Source of the DNA: Candidatus Handelsmanbacteria bacterium
GTDB taxonomy: Bacteria > Latescibacterota > UBA2968 > UBA8231
Length of the DNA: 64,000 nucleotides
NCBI GenBank assembly: GCA_016867395.1
Contig: VGJS01000018.1
Location: 227-64,226 of the forward strand
Reading direction: 5' to 3'
Below the pieces are notes generated by a model that worked only from the letters and a program-made list of their open reading frames with translations, ran no database searches and was not told the origin of the DNA. Numbering within the stretch: the stretch's first letter is position 1; each line of letters begins with the position of its first letter. A program made the position numbers and the translations under genes. This document shows, one piece after another, positions 16,463 through 25,323 of the stretch.

Positions 16463-16501
16463 TGGTCAGTTGGCCGACATGCACTCTGCTTCTCCTGTCG
16501 A

Positions 16502-17096
16502 TCAGCCGCACCGCGCGTTGTACTCCTCCACAATATCTCCCACGATCCGCACCCGCTCGATATCCCCGGTGGAAGATATCTCGTCCGATATGCCCAGCAC
16601 CAGCCTGGGGGCGAAGAGTCGGCGCCCCCAGATCCCACACCTCGCGCTGGGCCCGGTCGAAGGCCTCCTGGTCCCATTGCCAGGTGGCGTGCTGCTCGCG
16701 CCAGGTGGCCACCTTCAGTTCGGCCTTACTCTCCACCTCGCGCTTGAGGGTGAGCTGGTGCCAGCTGTTGGGGGTGTGGCGGTGCACCGCCACCTGCTCC
16801 CCGGCCGGGGAGCGGATGGTGGTCCTGGTATCGGTCTCGTTGAGCGATTCGCGCTCTGCCTGCACCCGGGGGTCCTCGCGGCGGCGGAAGCAGGGGTTGT
16901 ACCAGTTGTAGAGCCGGTCCGAACAGCCCAGCAGGCGGTAGATGGCCGGCATCTCGAGGCCGGTGTACTGCGCCGGCAAGGGTTCCCCCGCGAATTGCTT
17001 GTCGGTATACCAGCACAGGATGCGCGGCTGCCAGATGATGCGGCCGCCGCTGCGGCCAAACACCACGTCCTCGTGCAGCTGTGCCCACGCTGTCAT
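16502..17096 (-). pseudogene. remnant of a hypothetical enzyme gene: N-terminal ~155 codons joined out of frame to a ~38-codon C-terminal tail
   Basis: ATG at 17096: MTAWAQLHEDVVFGRSGGRIIWQPRILCWYTDKQFAGEPLPAQYTGLEMPAIYRLLGCSDRLYNWYN...QREVWDLGAPT. Near 16610-16630, protein-like sequence continues only in another frame (LFAPRLVLGISDEISSTGDIERVRIVGDIVEEYNARCG, stop at 16504-16502). The original frame runs on as Arg/Gly-rich junk into the next gene. Confidence 0.4.
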
Positions 17097-17271
17097 CGCC
17101 GCCTCCGCTAGCGCCCCCCAAGGGGCCTGGTTGGGTTTACCCTGTATATTGCGCAAGCGCGGAAAACCCGGCCAGTCCGCCGGCCGCCGGATTGGCCGGG
17201 GATCCTGGTTTTGGAATATATTACCGGTACGGCACTGGGCGCCCCAAAGGGGCCCTCGCGTGGAGGTGTAT

Positions 17272-17651
17272 ATGGAGAGCAGAGAGATCGTGCGCCGGGC
17301 AATAGAGTTCGGCACCCCGCCGAGGTGGGCGCCGACGTACTCAACCTGCAGCAGCCGCAGGCCTACGGGATCGCGTCCTTCGGCCGGCAGTTCGCCGGCA
17401 GGGTGTGTTTCCTGACCACGGTCGATATCCAGGCGACCCTGCCCAGGGAAGACCCGGAGGCCGTCCGCGCCGAAGCCAGGCAGCTGGTCGAGACCTGGTC
17501 GAAACCCGAGGGGGGATTTATCGTCTTCAACTACGGCGATTCCGAAGGCATCGGGGTCACCGACGGGATCGCCAAGGTCATGTTTAGAGAGTTCTACGAG
17601 CTGCGGGAGTTCTGGCAGCAGGGCTGCCTCGCGCAACCCGGTCCCCGCTGA
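17272..17651 (+). pseudogene. uroporphyrinogen-decarboxylase (URO-D)-like gene remnant with a large internal deletion
   Basis: ATG at 17272 gives MESREIVRRAIEFGTPPR, a family-typical N-terminus. At about 17318-17326 the homology jumps, in another frame, to a C-terminal block: EVGADVLNLQQPQAYGIASFGRQFAGRVCFLTTVDIQATLPREDPEAVRAEARQLVETWSKPEGGFIVFNYGD... ending at 17651. About 200 central codons are missing. Confidence 0.55.
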
Positions 17652-17698
17652 GTATCCTATCTCACCCTATATCCCGGTCCTTCGCCGGGGAGTTCGCC

Positions 17699-18853
17699 AT
17701 GAAGATCACCCGCATCCGCACCCTCTGCCTATCCCGCCCCCACGAACCGGAACGCCAGTGGCGCACCGCCACCTTCCTGGTGCCCAAAGCCGATGCCGCC
17801 GTGGTGGTCATCGACACCGACGAAGGCCTGCAGGGTATCGGCGAGGCCTGCGCCTACGGCGACCCGCCCCGGATCCGCGCCGAGGTGGAACGCCTGGCCG
17901 CCGGCCTGGTGGGCCGCGATCCGCGCGAAAAGGATCTTGCGCCGCGCCCGGTGGGCCTCAACGCCCCGGTGGACACCGCGGTGGCCGGCATCGACGCGGC
18001 CCTGTGGGACCTGCGCGGGCGTATCGCCGGCCGCCCGGTGGCCGAACTGCTCGCCTCCCCCGGCCAGACGCCCCTGCGGCGAGTGCGGCTCTACGCCTCG
18101 GGCGGGGTGAATTACGACTGGGAAAACCGGCCCGAATCCGTGGTGGACGAGGCCATCGGTTACGCCGAAGCGGGCTTCACCGCCTTCAAGATGCGCATCG
18201 GCACCCACTGGGAGTGGGCCGGGGTCACGGTGCCCCGCTTCGTCGCCCTGCTGCGCCAGGTCAGCGCGGCGGTGGGGCAGCGCATGGAGTTGATGCTGGA
18301 CGGCAACCAGCGCCTCAGCGAGGCCCAGGCCCTGCAGGTGGCCCAGGCCCTCGACGAGCTGGGCTGGACCTGGTTCGAGGAGCCCATCCCCCAGACCGAC
18401 GTCGAGGGCTACGCCCGGCTCAACGCCGCGGTGAAGATCCCCATCACCGGTGGCGAACAGTACACCACCGTGGCCCAGTTCGAGCCCTATCTGGCGGCCA
18501 GGGCCTATGCCATCGTGCAGGCCGACGGCGGCTGGTGCGGCCTCACCGAGGGCATGAAGATCGCCTGCCGGGCCTGGGAGTTCGGGGTGCCCATGTGCCC
18601 GCACAACTGGCACAACGGCCTGATGACCATGGCCAACGCCCACCTGGTGGCGGCCCTGCCCTTCCCCAAGGTGCTGGAGGTGAACATGTTCCAGGGCCCC
18701 CTGCAGTGGCAGATGCTGCGGCAGCCGCCCCGGATCAAGGACGGCTATCTCGAATTGCCCACCGCGCCCGGCCTGGGGGTGGAACTGGCCGAGGATGTGG
18801 AGGAACGCTTCCCCTACATCGAAGGTCCCTGGGGCGTGAAGGTGGAGCGTTGA
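17699..18853 (+). CDS. mandelate racemase/muconate lactonizing enzyme family (enolase superfamily) protein
   Basis: Full ORF, 384 aa: MKITRIRTLCL..., AGIDAALWDLRGRIAGRPVAELL, FKMRIG, LMLDGNQRL, WFEEPI, ITGGEQY. Confidence 0.9.
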   Translation: MKITRIRTLCLSRPHEPERQWRTATFLVPKADAAVVVIDTDEGLQGIGEACAYGDPPRIRAEVERLAAGLVGRDPREKDLAPRPVGLNAPVDTAVAGIDAALWDLRGRIAGRPVAELLASPGQTPLRRVRLYASGGVNYDWENRPESVVDEAIGYAEAGFTAFKMRIGTHWEWAGVTVPRFVALLRQVSAAVGQRMELMLDGNQRLSEAQALQVAQALDELGWTWFEEPIPQTDVEGYARLNAAVKIPITGGEQYTTVAQFEPYLAARAYAIVQADGGWCGLTEGMKIACRAWEFGVPMCPHNWHNGLMTMANAHLVAALPFPKVLEVNMFQGPLQWQMLRQPPRIKDGYLELPTAPGLGVELAEDVEERFPYIEGPWGVKVER

Positions 18854-18855
18854 GG

Positions 18856-19899
18856 ATGGCCCAGGACGAGACCGCCCAGGTCCTGGCAGCCTACGAGGTG
18901 GGAGAGGTCCTGGCGCTGGTCCCGGCCGGCGGCACCGCGGGCCGCACCTGGAAGCTGACCACCCCGCAGGGGGAGTACTTCCTGCGCCGGCGGGGTCCCC
19001 GCACTTCGGGCGAGGCGCGCCTGGCCTTTGACCACGGCCTGCGGGCCCACCTGGTGGCCCAGGGTGTGCCCACCGCCTCCGCACTTAGGACTCTGGATGG
19101 CCAACTCTGGCTGCGCCGGCCCGAAGGGGTGTACGAACTCTATCCCTTCGTGGTCGGCCGGGCCTTCGATTCGCAGCGGCCGGCAGAGATGGAAAATGCC
19201 GCCCGGGCCCTGGCCCGCTTCCATCTGGCCGCCGCCCAATACCGGCCCACCGGCCCACCCGAAACCATCGCCCAGTACACCACCTTGGGATTCTCCGCCG
19301 CCACCAGCGACCGCCTGGACGACCCCCTGCTGCAGCGCGAGAACCTGCTGGCGGTCAGGGGTCTGGCAGCCAACCCCGATGAGCAGGCCCTGGTGGACCG
19401 CTTCCTCACCCGGGTGGACGAACAGGAGCGCCACTATGCCGGCGCCGCGTACGCGTCGCTCTCAGGCTGGGTGATCCACGGGGACTACACCCCGGCCAAC
19501 CTGCTCTTCTCGCTGCTGGGCGAGGTGGTGGGCGTCTTCGACCTGGACTGGGCGGTGCCGGGGGTGCGCTGTCGCGATGTGGGCGATGGCCTGTACTTCG
19601 TTGCCACCCTGCCCCGGCACATCGACCCCTCGGACATCTGGTCCCTCACCGACGCGGCCCAGTTCGACCCGGAGCGCTGCACCCGTTTCCTGCGCGCCTA
19701 CCAGGAGGTCGCGCCCCTGGCCCCCGCCGAGCTGGACGCCATCCCCCGGGCTTTTGCCGGCCGCTGGATCTCCATCCGGCTCGAAGGCATGGCCAAGGTG
19801 CCGGCCAGGGAGCGCTTCCGTTTCTTCTCGCGCCAGGCCGAAGAGCCCCTGCGCTGGCTGGACGAAAACTGGGCAGGACTGCGCCATCAACTTCGCTGA
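18856..19899 (+). CDS. aminoglycoside/choline-kinase-like phosphotransferase (APH family) protein
   Basis: Internal ATG MAQDETAQVLAAYEVGEV... of ORF 17758..19899, starting 3 nt after the upstream stop. Contains the Brenner-type kinase motif VIHGDYTPANLLF and the DFD-like motif GVFDLDWA. Confidence 0.8.
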   Translation: MAQDETAQVLAAYEVGEVLALVPAGGTAGRTWKLTTPQGEYFLRRRGPRTSGEARLAFDHGLRAHLVAQGVPTASALRTLDGQLWLRRPEGVYELYPFVVGRAFDSQRPAEMENAARALARFHLAAAQYRPTGPPETIAQYTTLGFSAATSDRLDDPLLQRENLLAVRGLAANPDEQALVDRFLTRVDEQERHYAGAAYASLSGWVIHGDYTPANLLFSLLGEVVGVFDLDWAVPGVRCRDVGDGLYFVATLPRHIDPSDIWSLTDAAQFDPERCTRFLRAYQEVAPLAPAELDAIPRAFAGRWISIRLEGMAKVPARERFRFFSRQAEEPLRWLDENWAGLRHQLR

Positions 19900-19907
19900 G
19901 GAACGCC

Positions 19908-20720
19908 ATGATCTCACCCCCCGATTTCACCCGCACTCTGCTGGGCAAGACCGGGATCCCCGTGTGCCGACTGGGCCTGTCGGCCACCTACCGCCCCGGG
20001 CAAAGGACCGTCCACCAGGCCCTCGACCAGGGCCTCAACTTCTTCTTCGCCTACGGCATCGACGGGCAGATGATCCGCGCCCTGCGCGAGGTCTTCGCCC
20101 GCCGGCGCGAACAGCTGGTGCTGGCCACCGGCGCGTACAACCTGCTCCTGGGCCACCCCGACCTGCGCCGCACCCTGGAGAAACGGCTGCGCCAGTTCTG
20201 CACCGACTATATCGACGTGTTCCTGTTCCTGGGGGTGACCAGGGAGACGCACTTCCCCCCGCGCCTCCGGGAGGAGCTGTACCGCCTGCGCGAGGAAGGC
20301 AAGGTGCGGGCGGTGGGCATGTCCTGCCACGACCGGCGCTTTGCCGGCCGCCTGGCCGCCGAGGGGTCCCTCGACGTGTTGATGATCCGCTACAACGCTG
20401 CGCACCGAGGGGCCGAGCAGGAGATCTTTCCGCACCTTGCGGCCCACAACCCAGGAGTGGTCAGCTACACCGCCACCCGCTGGCGGGCCCTGCTGCGCCG
20501 GCCCAGAGGCTGGGAGGGCCAGGTGCCCACCGCCTCCCAGTGCTACCGCTTCGTCCTCTCCAACCCTCACGTGCACGTCTGCCTGAGCGCCCCCTCCAAC
20601 CCGGCGCAACTGGCCGAGAACCTGGAAGCCCTGCGCCAGGGCCCCCTCTCCGCCGAGGAAATTGAATTCATGCGGCGCTTCGGCGACGCGGTGCACCGGG
20701 AGCAGCGCTGGTTCATGTGA
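19908..20720 (+). CDS. aldo/keto reductase family oxidoreductase
   Basis: Full ORF, 270 aa: LGKTGIPVCRLGLSATY, YIDVFLFLGV, GKVRAVGMSCH, RYNAAHRGAEQEIFP, SNPHVHVCLSAPSNPAQLAENL. Confidence 0.8.
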   Translation: MISPPDFTRTLLGKTGIPVCRLGLSATYRPGQRTVHQALDQGLNFFFAYGIDGQMIRALREVFARRREQLVLATGAYNLLLGHPDLRRTLEKRLRQFCTDYIDVFLFLGVTRETHFPPRLREELYRLREEGKVRAVGMSCHDRRFAGRLAAEGSLDVLMIRYNAAHRGAEQEIFPHLAAHNPGVVSYTATRWRALLRRPRGWEGQVPTASQCYRFVLSNPHVHVCLSAPSNPAQLAENLEALRQGPLSAEEIEFMRRFGDAVHREQRWFM

Positions 20721-20766
20721 GGAGGCGCATACCCGCCGGAACTGGATTGCCGTATATTGGGGTCCG

Positions 20767-23052
20767 ATGCGTATGTGGGCCTTCTTTCTCCTCGCTTCCT
20801 CCTTGCTGATTCCCAGCGCCTGGAGCCTCGAAGTCCGCGGCCAGGTGCGGCTGCGCCTGGACGATCAGCCCGTGCCCTCTGCCCTGGTGCGCTACCTGAA
20901 CGAGGCCAGCGGCGCGGTGTACGAGACCCAGACCGCCGAGGACGGCGCCTATTACCTGGAATTGCCGGAACCCGCCACGGCCGTGGCGGCCCCTCCCCCA
21001 CTCCCGGCCCGCACCTGGCTTGGTTCTGCATACCCCAATCCCTTCAACCCGGCGGTGGTCCTGCCCCTGGACCTGGCGGCCCCGGCCAGGGTCCGGCTGG
21101 AGATCTTCACCTCCCTGGGCCAGCCCCTACGCCTGCTGGTGGACCGGGAACTGCCCGCCGGCACCCACCTGCTGCGCTGGGATGCCCGCGATGGGCAGGG
21201 CCGGGGCGCGGCTGCCGGGGTCTATCTCTTTCTCCTCTCCGCCGGCGAGTACACCGCCCGGGGCAAGCTGACCCTGGCGGACGGGGCCGCGGGGCTGCCG
21301 GTGGAAAACAGCGCCGCGCCCCGGCAGCCCTCCCTCTATACCATCCAAGTGCGCGGCCCCGCCATCCACTCGCTCGATCTTGCCAACGTGGCGCCGCCCG
21401 ACCCCGGCGCGGACATGGTCCTGCTGGTCGACGCGGACCAATCCTCCCAGCGCTTGCCCAGCGGCCAGTGGACCTCGATGGCGGGGATCCCCGGAGGATG
21501 GTTCAGGATGGGCAGCCCCTTCTACCAGGACGAAGCGCCCGAGCGCCAGGTCTACCTGGACCCTTATTACCTGGAACTCCACGAGGTGACCCTGGCCCAG
21601 TACCGCGCCTGTGTGGAGGCGGGCGCCTGCCCGGAGCCGGCCCAGGGGGAGGCCTGCACCTGGAACTCCGACCGGGGGGACAACCATCCGGTCAATTGCG
21701 TGAGCTGGTACGACGCCGAACGTTATTGCCGCTGGGCGGGGATGCGCCTGCCCACCGAGGCCGAGTGGGAAAAGGCCGCCCGCGGGGCCCTGGGCCAGGT
21801 CTATCCCTGGGGAGATGAACCTCCGGGGGGAGCCGGGAACTGCCAGCGGGCGGTGATGATGCAGGCCGGCCTGGGGCTGGGATGCGGGTACGATGGGCCC
21901 GGCCCGGTGGGCACCCGGACGGCAGACGCCAACCCCTACGGCATCCGCGACCTGGCCGGCAATGTCTGGGAATGGACCGCGGACTGGTACGGGCGAGATT
22001 ACTACCAGCACGGCCCGGCGCGCAACCCGCTCAACACCGAGATGGGCCTTCACCGGTCCCTGCGGGGCAACTCCTGGTTTTACGTGGACCCCAACACCGA
22101 TCTGCGCGCCGCCAACCGCTACCGCTTCCGGCCCCTGCGCTGGTCCCCCTACATCGGCATCCGCTGTGCCCGCAGCGCCCTGCCCGGCCCCGCCGAGCCG
22201 CCCCTGGAACCACCCTCCCCCCTCGAACTCCAGGCCCTCGGCCTGGCCAACTGGCAGGAGCGCCACGCCCTGGTCATGGCCGCGGAGGGGGATACCCTTC
22301 TCCGCCCGGCGCGCCCGGATACCCCGATGGTGTTCATCCCCGCAGGTCCCTGCACCCTGGGCGTTGACCGGGGCTCGGGGGACGAAAGGCCGGTGCATGT
22401 GGCGGAACTGAGCGCCTTCTACCTCGACAGGACCGAGGTGACCGTGGCCCAGTACCGCGCCTGCGCGGAGGCAGGCGGCTGCACCCCGCCCCATCACGGC
22501 GCCAGGACCTACCGCCTCGAATACGAGGGCCGCTTCACCAACTGGGACCAGCCGGGCCGCGAGGACCATCCGGTGAACGCCGTGAACTGGGCCCAGGCCG
22601 ACCAGTACTGCCGCTGGGCCGGCAAACGCCTGCCCACCGAGGCGGAGTGGGAGAAGGCCGCCGGCGGCGACGGCCGCCGCTACCCCTGGGGCGACGAAGA
22701 GCCCAGTTGCGAGCGGGCGGTGATGGACGACGGGGGGGATGGCTGCGGCCAGGACAGCACCTGGCCGGTGGGCTCCAAGCCGGAGGGGGCCAGCTCGCAC
22801 GGGGTCATGGATCTGGCCGGCAATGTGTGGGAGTGGGTGGCCGACTGGTACGACCGCGATTATTACCGCCGCGCCCCGCTGCGGGACCCCTTCAACACCG
22901 ACCCAGGCAGCGAAAGTCTGAAGATCCTGCGGGGCGGCTCCCTGGCCGACCAGAATGCCCACCTCCACGCGGTTTCAAATCGCCTGGCCTACGACCCCCA
23001 GCAGGGCTACGACTACACCGTGGGCTTCCGCTGCGCCCGCAGCGCGCCCTGA
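20767..23052 (+). CDS. secreted multidomain protein: CarboxypepD_reg-like N-terminus, internal T9SS-CTD/FlgD-Ig-like domain, two FGE-sulfatase (SUMF1-like) domains
   Basis: ATG at 20767: MRMWAFFLLASSLLIPSAWS is a signal peptide. Residues ~84-172 read GSAYPNPFNPAVVLPL...RLEIFTSLGQPLRLLVD...GVYLFLLSAGEYTARGKLTLAD. Two copies follow of the pattern ...F.MGS...E.P.H.V.L..FYLD..EVT.AQYR.C...HPV..V.W..A..YCRWAG.RLPTEAEWEKAA..., each ending GFRCAR. Confidence 0.85.
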   Translation: MRMWAFFLLASSLLIPSAWSLEVRGQVRLRLDDQPVPSALVRYLNEASGAVYETQTAEDGAYYLELPEPATAVAAPPPLPARTWLGSAYPNPFNPAVVLPLDLAAPARVRLEIFTSLGQPLRLLVDRELPAGTHLLRWDARDGQGRGAAAGVYLFLLSAGEYTARGKLTLADGAAGLPVENSAAPRQPSLYTIQVRGPAIHSLDLANVAPPDPGADMVLLVDADQSSQRLPSGQWTSMAGIPGGWFRMGSPFYQDEAPERQVYLDPYYLELHEVTLAQYRACVEAGACPEPAQGEACTWNSDRGDNHPVNCVSWYDAERYCRWAGMRLPTEAEWEKAARGALGQVYPWGDEPPGGAGNCQRAVMMQAGLGLGCGYDGPGPVGTRTADANPYGIRDLAGNVWEWTADWYGRDYYQHGPARNPLNTEMGLHRSLRGNSWFYVDPNTDLRAANRYRFRPLRWSPYIGIRCARSALPGPAEPPLEPPSPLELQALGLANWQERHALVMAAEGDTLLRPARPDTPMVFIPAGPCTLGVDRGSGDERPVHVAELSAFYLDRTEVTVAQYRACAEAGGCTPPHHGARTYRLEYEGRFTNWDQPGREDHPVNAVNWAQADQYCRWAGKRLPTEAEWEKAAGGDGRRYPWGDEEPSCERAVMDDGGDGCGQDSTWPVGSKPEGASSHGVMDLAGNVWEWVADWYDRDYYRRAPLRDPFNTDPGSESLKILRGGSLADQNAHLHAVSNRLAYDPQQGYDYTVGFRCARSAP

Positions 23053-23059
23053 GTAGAAC

Positions 23060-23320
23060 GGCAGGAGCCGCTCCTGCTCGCCGAAGACCGCCTCGACCTT
23101 GGCACCGGGCATGCCGATGCCCCACTCGCACTCGGCGATCACCCCGGCCCAGGGCCCGCCGAACCCCCTGGCGCACCTCCTAGGGGGTGCCGAAAGGCAG
23201 CAGCCGCTGCCGGTCGATCTCCCCCCAGAAGGTCACCTTGCCGCAGAATTGCTCGCCCAGCTTTTCGATGTCCATGCAGAAGAGCTGAGAGTTGAGGACA
23301 TCCACCCCAATCACCTCTAC
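23060..23320 (-). pseudogene. URO-D-like C-terminal gene fragment (in-frame TAG plus frameshift)
   Basis: The minus strand reads IGVDVLNSQLFCMDIEKLGEQFCGKVTFWGEIDRQRLLPFGTP, TAG (23182-23180), EVRQGVRRALG, then in another frame GVIAECEWGIGMPGAKVEAVFGEQERLLPFY. It is paralogous to the C-terminal block at 17330-17651. No N-terminal half is present. Confidence 0.45.
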
Positions 23321-23338
23321 GGCGGCCGGGCCGAGATC

Positions 23339-23497
23339 GTGGTCTTTGATCCGGTGGTGGATGTAGAAACCGCGCGCCAGGATCCCGACCTCTTCCTCGC
23401 CAACCACCGCACCCCCCTGGTGCTCGACGAGATCCACTACGCCCCCGAGTTGGTGGCCAGCCTCAAGCGACGCCTCGACCAGGACCGCCGCCGCGGC
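23339..23497 (+). pseudogene. fragment of an AAA-ATPase (DUF4143-associated type) gene
   Basis: VVFDPVVDVETARQDPDLFLANHRTPLVLDEIHYAPELVASLKRRLDQDRRRG resembles the Walker-B (hhhhDE) region with its ...DEIQ..PEL...LK...D block. There is no Walker A and no downstream part. Confidence 0.4.
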
Positions 23498-23724
23498 CAT
23501 GAGGTTGCTGTTGCGCTACGCCTTTGGTGAGCGCCGGCTGCACAAGCTCAACAACAGCCTGCTCGCGGGCAACACCGCCTCGGCGCGGATGTTCGAGAAG
23601 CTGGGCGCGGTGGTGGAGGGAAGCGGGCGGGAAGTACCACGACGAGATCCTCGTCGGCCTGACCCGGGAGGAATTCGAGGCCAACGAAGCCCGACTGCAG
23701 GCCGGCGATTCTAGGCGAACCTGA
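23490..23724 (+). pseudogene. C-terminal fragment of a GNAT acetyltransferase gene, frameshifted
   Basis: AMRLLLRYAFGERRLHKLNNSLLAGNTASARMFEKLGAVVEG (ORF 23499..23714), then in another frame REAGGKYHDEILVGLTREEFEANEARL (ORF 23524..23724). This matches GNAT motifs A and B to the C-terminus only. Confidence 0.5.
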
Positions 23725-25321
23725 ACCCGTAGAGGTCGGTGTCGGCCACCTCGAAGAGCAGCCGCACCTGCAGGCCGCGCAGCGCCTTCAGGTCGCCCCG
23801 GAAGCGCACCGCCACCTCCGGGTGATCCCCCCGCACCGGTTCGCCATCATCAAAGCCGAAGCCGGGCAGCAGTTGGTCGAAGCCGCCGCTCTCGCTCCAC
23901 AACACATGCGCCGCCGTCGAGGGGCACAGGGCGGTGTCCACCGGCCCGGCCGGGGCCAGGGCCGCCCGCACCCAGCCACGGCTGGCGTCAAGGTTGAGCT
24001 GCAGTTCCTTCCCATTCACCACAAAGGGCCGGGTGATCAGCACCTCGGGCCGGTGGCCGGCCCGCAGGCTGACGTAGCGGTTGCGCTTCTGGGTGTAGAG
24101 GGCGATCTGGTGCCGCACCAGCCGGTCGGCGTAGTAGGCGCTCTGTTGTGGGTTGTTGCGGATCACCAGGTGGTCGCCGTCGATGACCAGGGTATAGAAC
24201 CAGTCCTCGTCCCCCACCCGCACCGGCGGACAGGCCCCGATCACCAGGCGGTCGTAACTGTGCTCCTCGGTGGCGTGCGGAATCCAGGCCACGCGGCTGG
24301 AGCTGCGGTCCCAGGTGCGGCCCCCGTCGCGGCTAAGGGTGATGCGCATCTCGTTGGTGCCCGTGCGGCACCAGGGCCAGCGGTGGGGATGTTCGGGGGT
24401 GGGCTCCAGCACCGGCCCGCCCTCCGGATGGGTGCGGTCGGAGTGGAACCAGCTCAATAGCCCAAAGACCACCCCCTCGGCGCAGAAGGGGGTCAGCGAC
24501 ATGGGCTCGTCGTAGCAGTGGGGCAGGTGCGGGTCGGCCGGGTCCGGGTAGAGGGCAGCGCTGGAGGTCCAATGGATCAGGTCGGGGGAGGCGAAGCGGC
24601 CGATCTCGCGCGAGGGCAGCCAGTGGGGCACCACCCCCTGGTCCATGGCCACCCATTCGCGATGGATCTCATCCCAGAAATGCAGAGTGTGCCGGCGCGG
24701 GTTGAACGCCCCACCCGAGTCGGCGAGCTGTTCCCGCCAGGCCGGATCACCCAGAAAATCGGGTATGCGCGGGGAGAAGTAACCGCGGGTCTGGCGCTGG
24801 TGCGAACCGCCCACGTCGCCCCCGCTGTGGGCCAGGCGCAGGGCGTAGCGCCGCTCTGGGTCGGTTACGTTGCCGTGCTGGCCCAGGTCGGCGACCACCG
24901 CAAAGGGCACCCCCAGGTTGTTGCGGCGGTCAAACCCTTTGGGGCTGGGAAAGGGCGCGTGTCGGGCGCGGTCCACCCCGGCGGGGGCCTCCAACAGCCC
25001 CAACTCGGGCTTCTCCCAGTGAAGGCCGTCGGGGCTAGTGGCCCAGGCCAGGCCGCTGAACAGATGATGGGCCCGGTCCCCGCGGAAGCCTTCGTTCTCG
25101 ATGCGCTCGCCCCGGTCCAGGTCCCACCACATGGCGGTATAGAGGGCGAAGAAGCTGCCGTCCTCGCGCCGGCCCACGAAGCCGGGCGAGGCGCCGCCCG
25201 TTTCCCAGGGCCGGTCGGCCGGGATCACCACCCCGTGCGCCCTGGGGTGGTGCACCACCCGGTCGAAACCGGTCGCCCGCTCCAGGGCCCAGTCGTCGAG
25301 GAAGAGCTGCCAGTGCCCCAT
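23711..25321 (-). CDS. predicted glycoside-hydrolase-like beta-propeller protein (family not assignable by eye)
   Basis: Full ORF, 536 aa: MGHWQLFLDDWALERATGFDRVVHHPRAHGVVIPADRPWE..., SPDGLHWEKP, SPDLIHWTS, LSRDGGRTWD (repeated W/D propeller-like motifs). It is a paralog of the decayed gene at 49258-50672. Confidence 0.7.
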   Translation of the reverse strand: MGHWQLFLDDWALERATGFDRVVHHPRAHGVVIPADRPWETGGASPGFVGRREDGSFFALYTAMWWDLDRGERIENEGFRGDRAHHLFSGLAWATSPDGLHWEKPELGLLEAPAGVDRARHAPFPSPKGFDRRNNLGVPFAVVADLGQHGNVTDPERRYALRLAHSGGDVGGSHQRQTRGYFSPRIPDFLGDPAWREQLADSGGAFNPRRHTLHFWDEIHREWVAMDQGVVPHWLPSREIGRFASPDLIHWTSSAALYPDPADPHLPHCYDEPMSLTPFCAEGVVFGLLSWFHSDRTHPEGGPVLEPTPEHPHRWPWCRTGTNEMRITLSRDGGRTWDRSSSRVAWIPHATEEHSYDRLVIGACPPVRVGDEDWFYTLVIDGDHLVIRNNPQQSAYYADRLVRHQIALYTQKRNRYVSLRAGHRPEVLITRPFVVNGKELQLNLDASRGWVRAALAPAGPVDTALCPSTAAHVLWSESGGFDQLLPGFGFDDGEPVRGDHPEVAVRFRGDLKALRGLQVRLLFEVADTDLYGFRFA

Positions 25322-25323
25322 CG

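Noticed and set aside
13335-17636. Single 1433-aa ORF on the minus strand.
   Set aside because: It concatenates three things: antisense shadow of the plus-strand remnant at 17272-17651, a separate N-terminal gene fragment (from the ATG at 17096), and the DUF4091 gene. These are joined by ~220 codons of Arg/Gly-rich junk that includes a translated repeat copy. A signal-peptide-like segment sits in the middle at residues ~420-445. I therefore split it into separate features.
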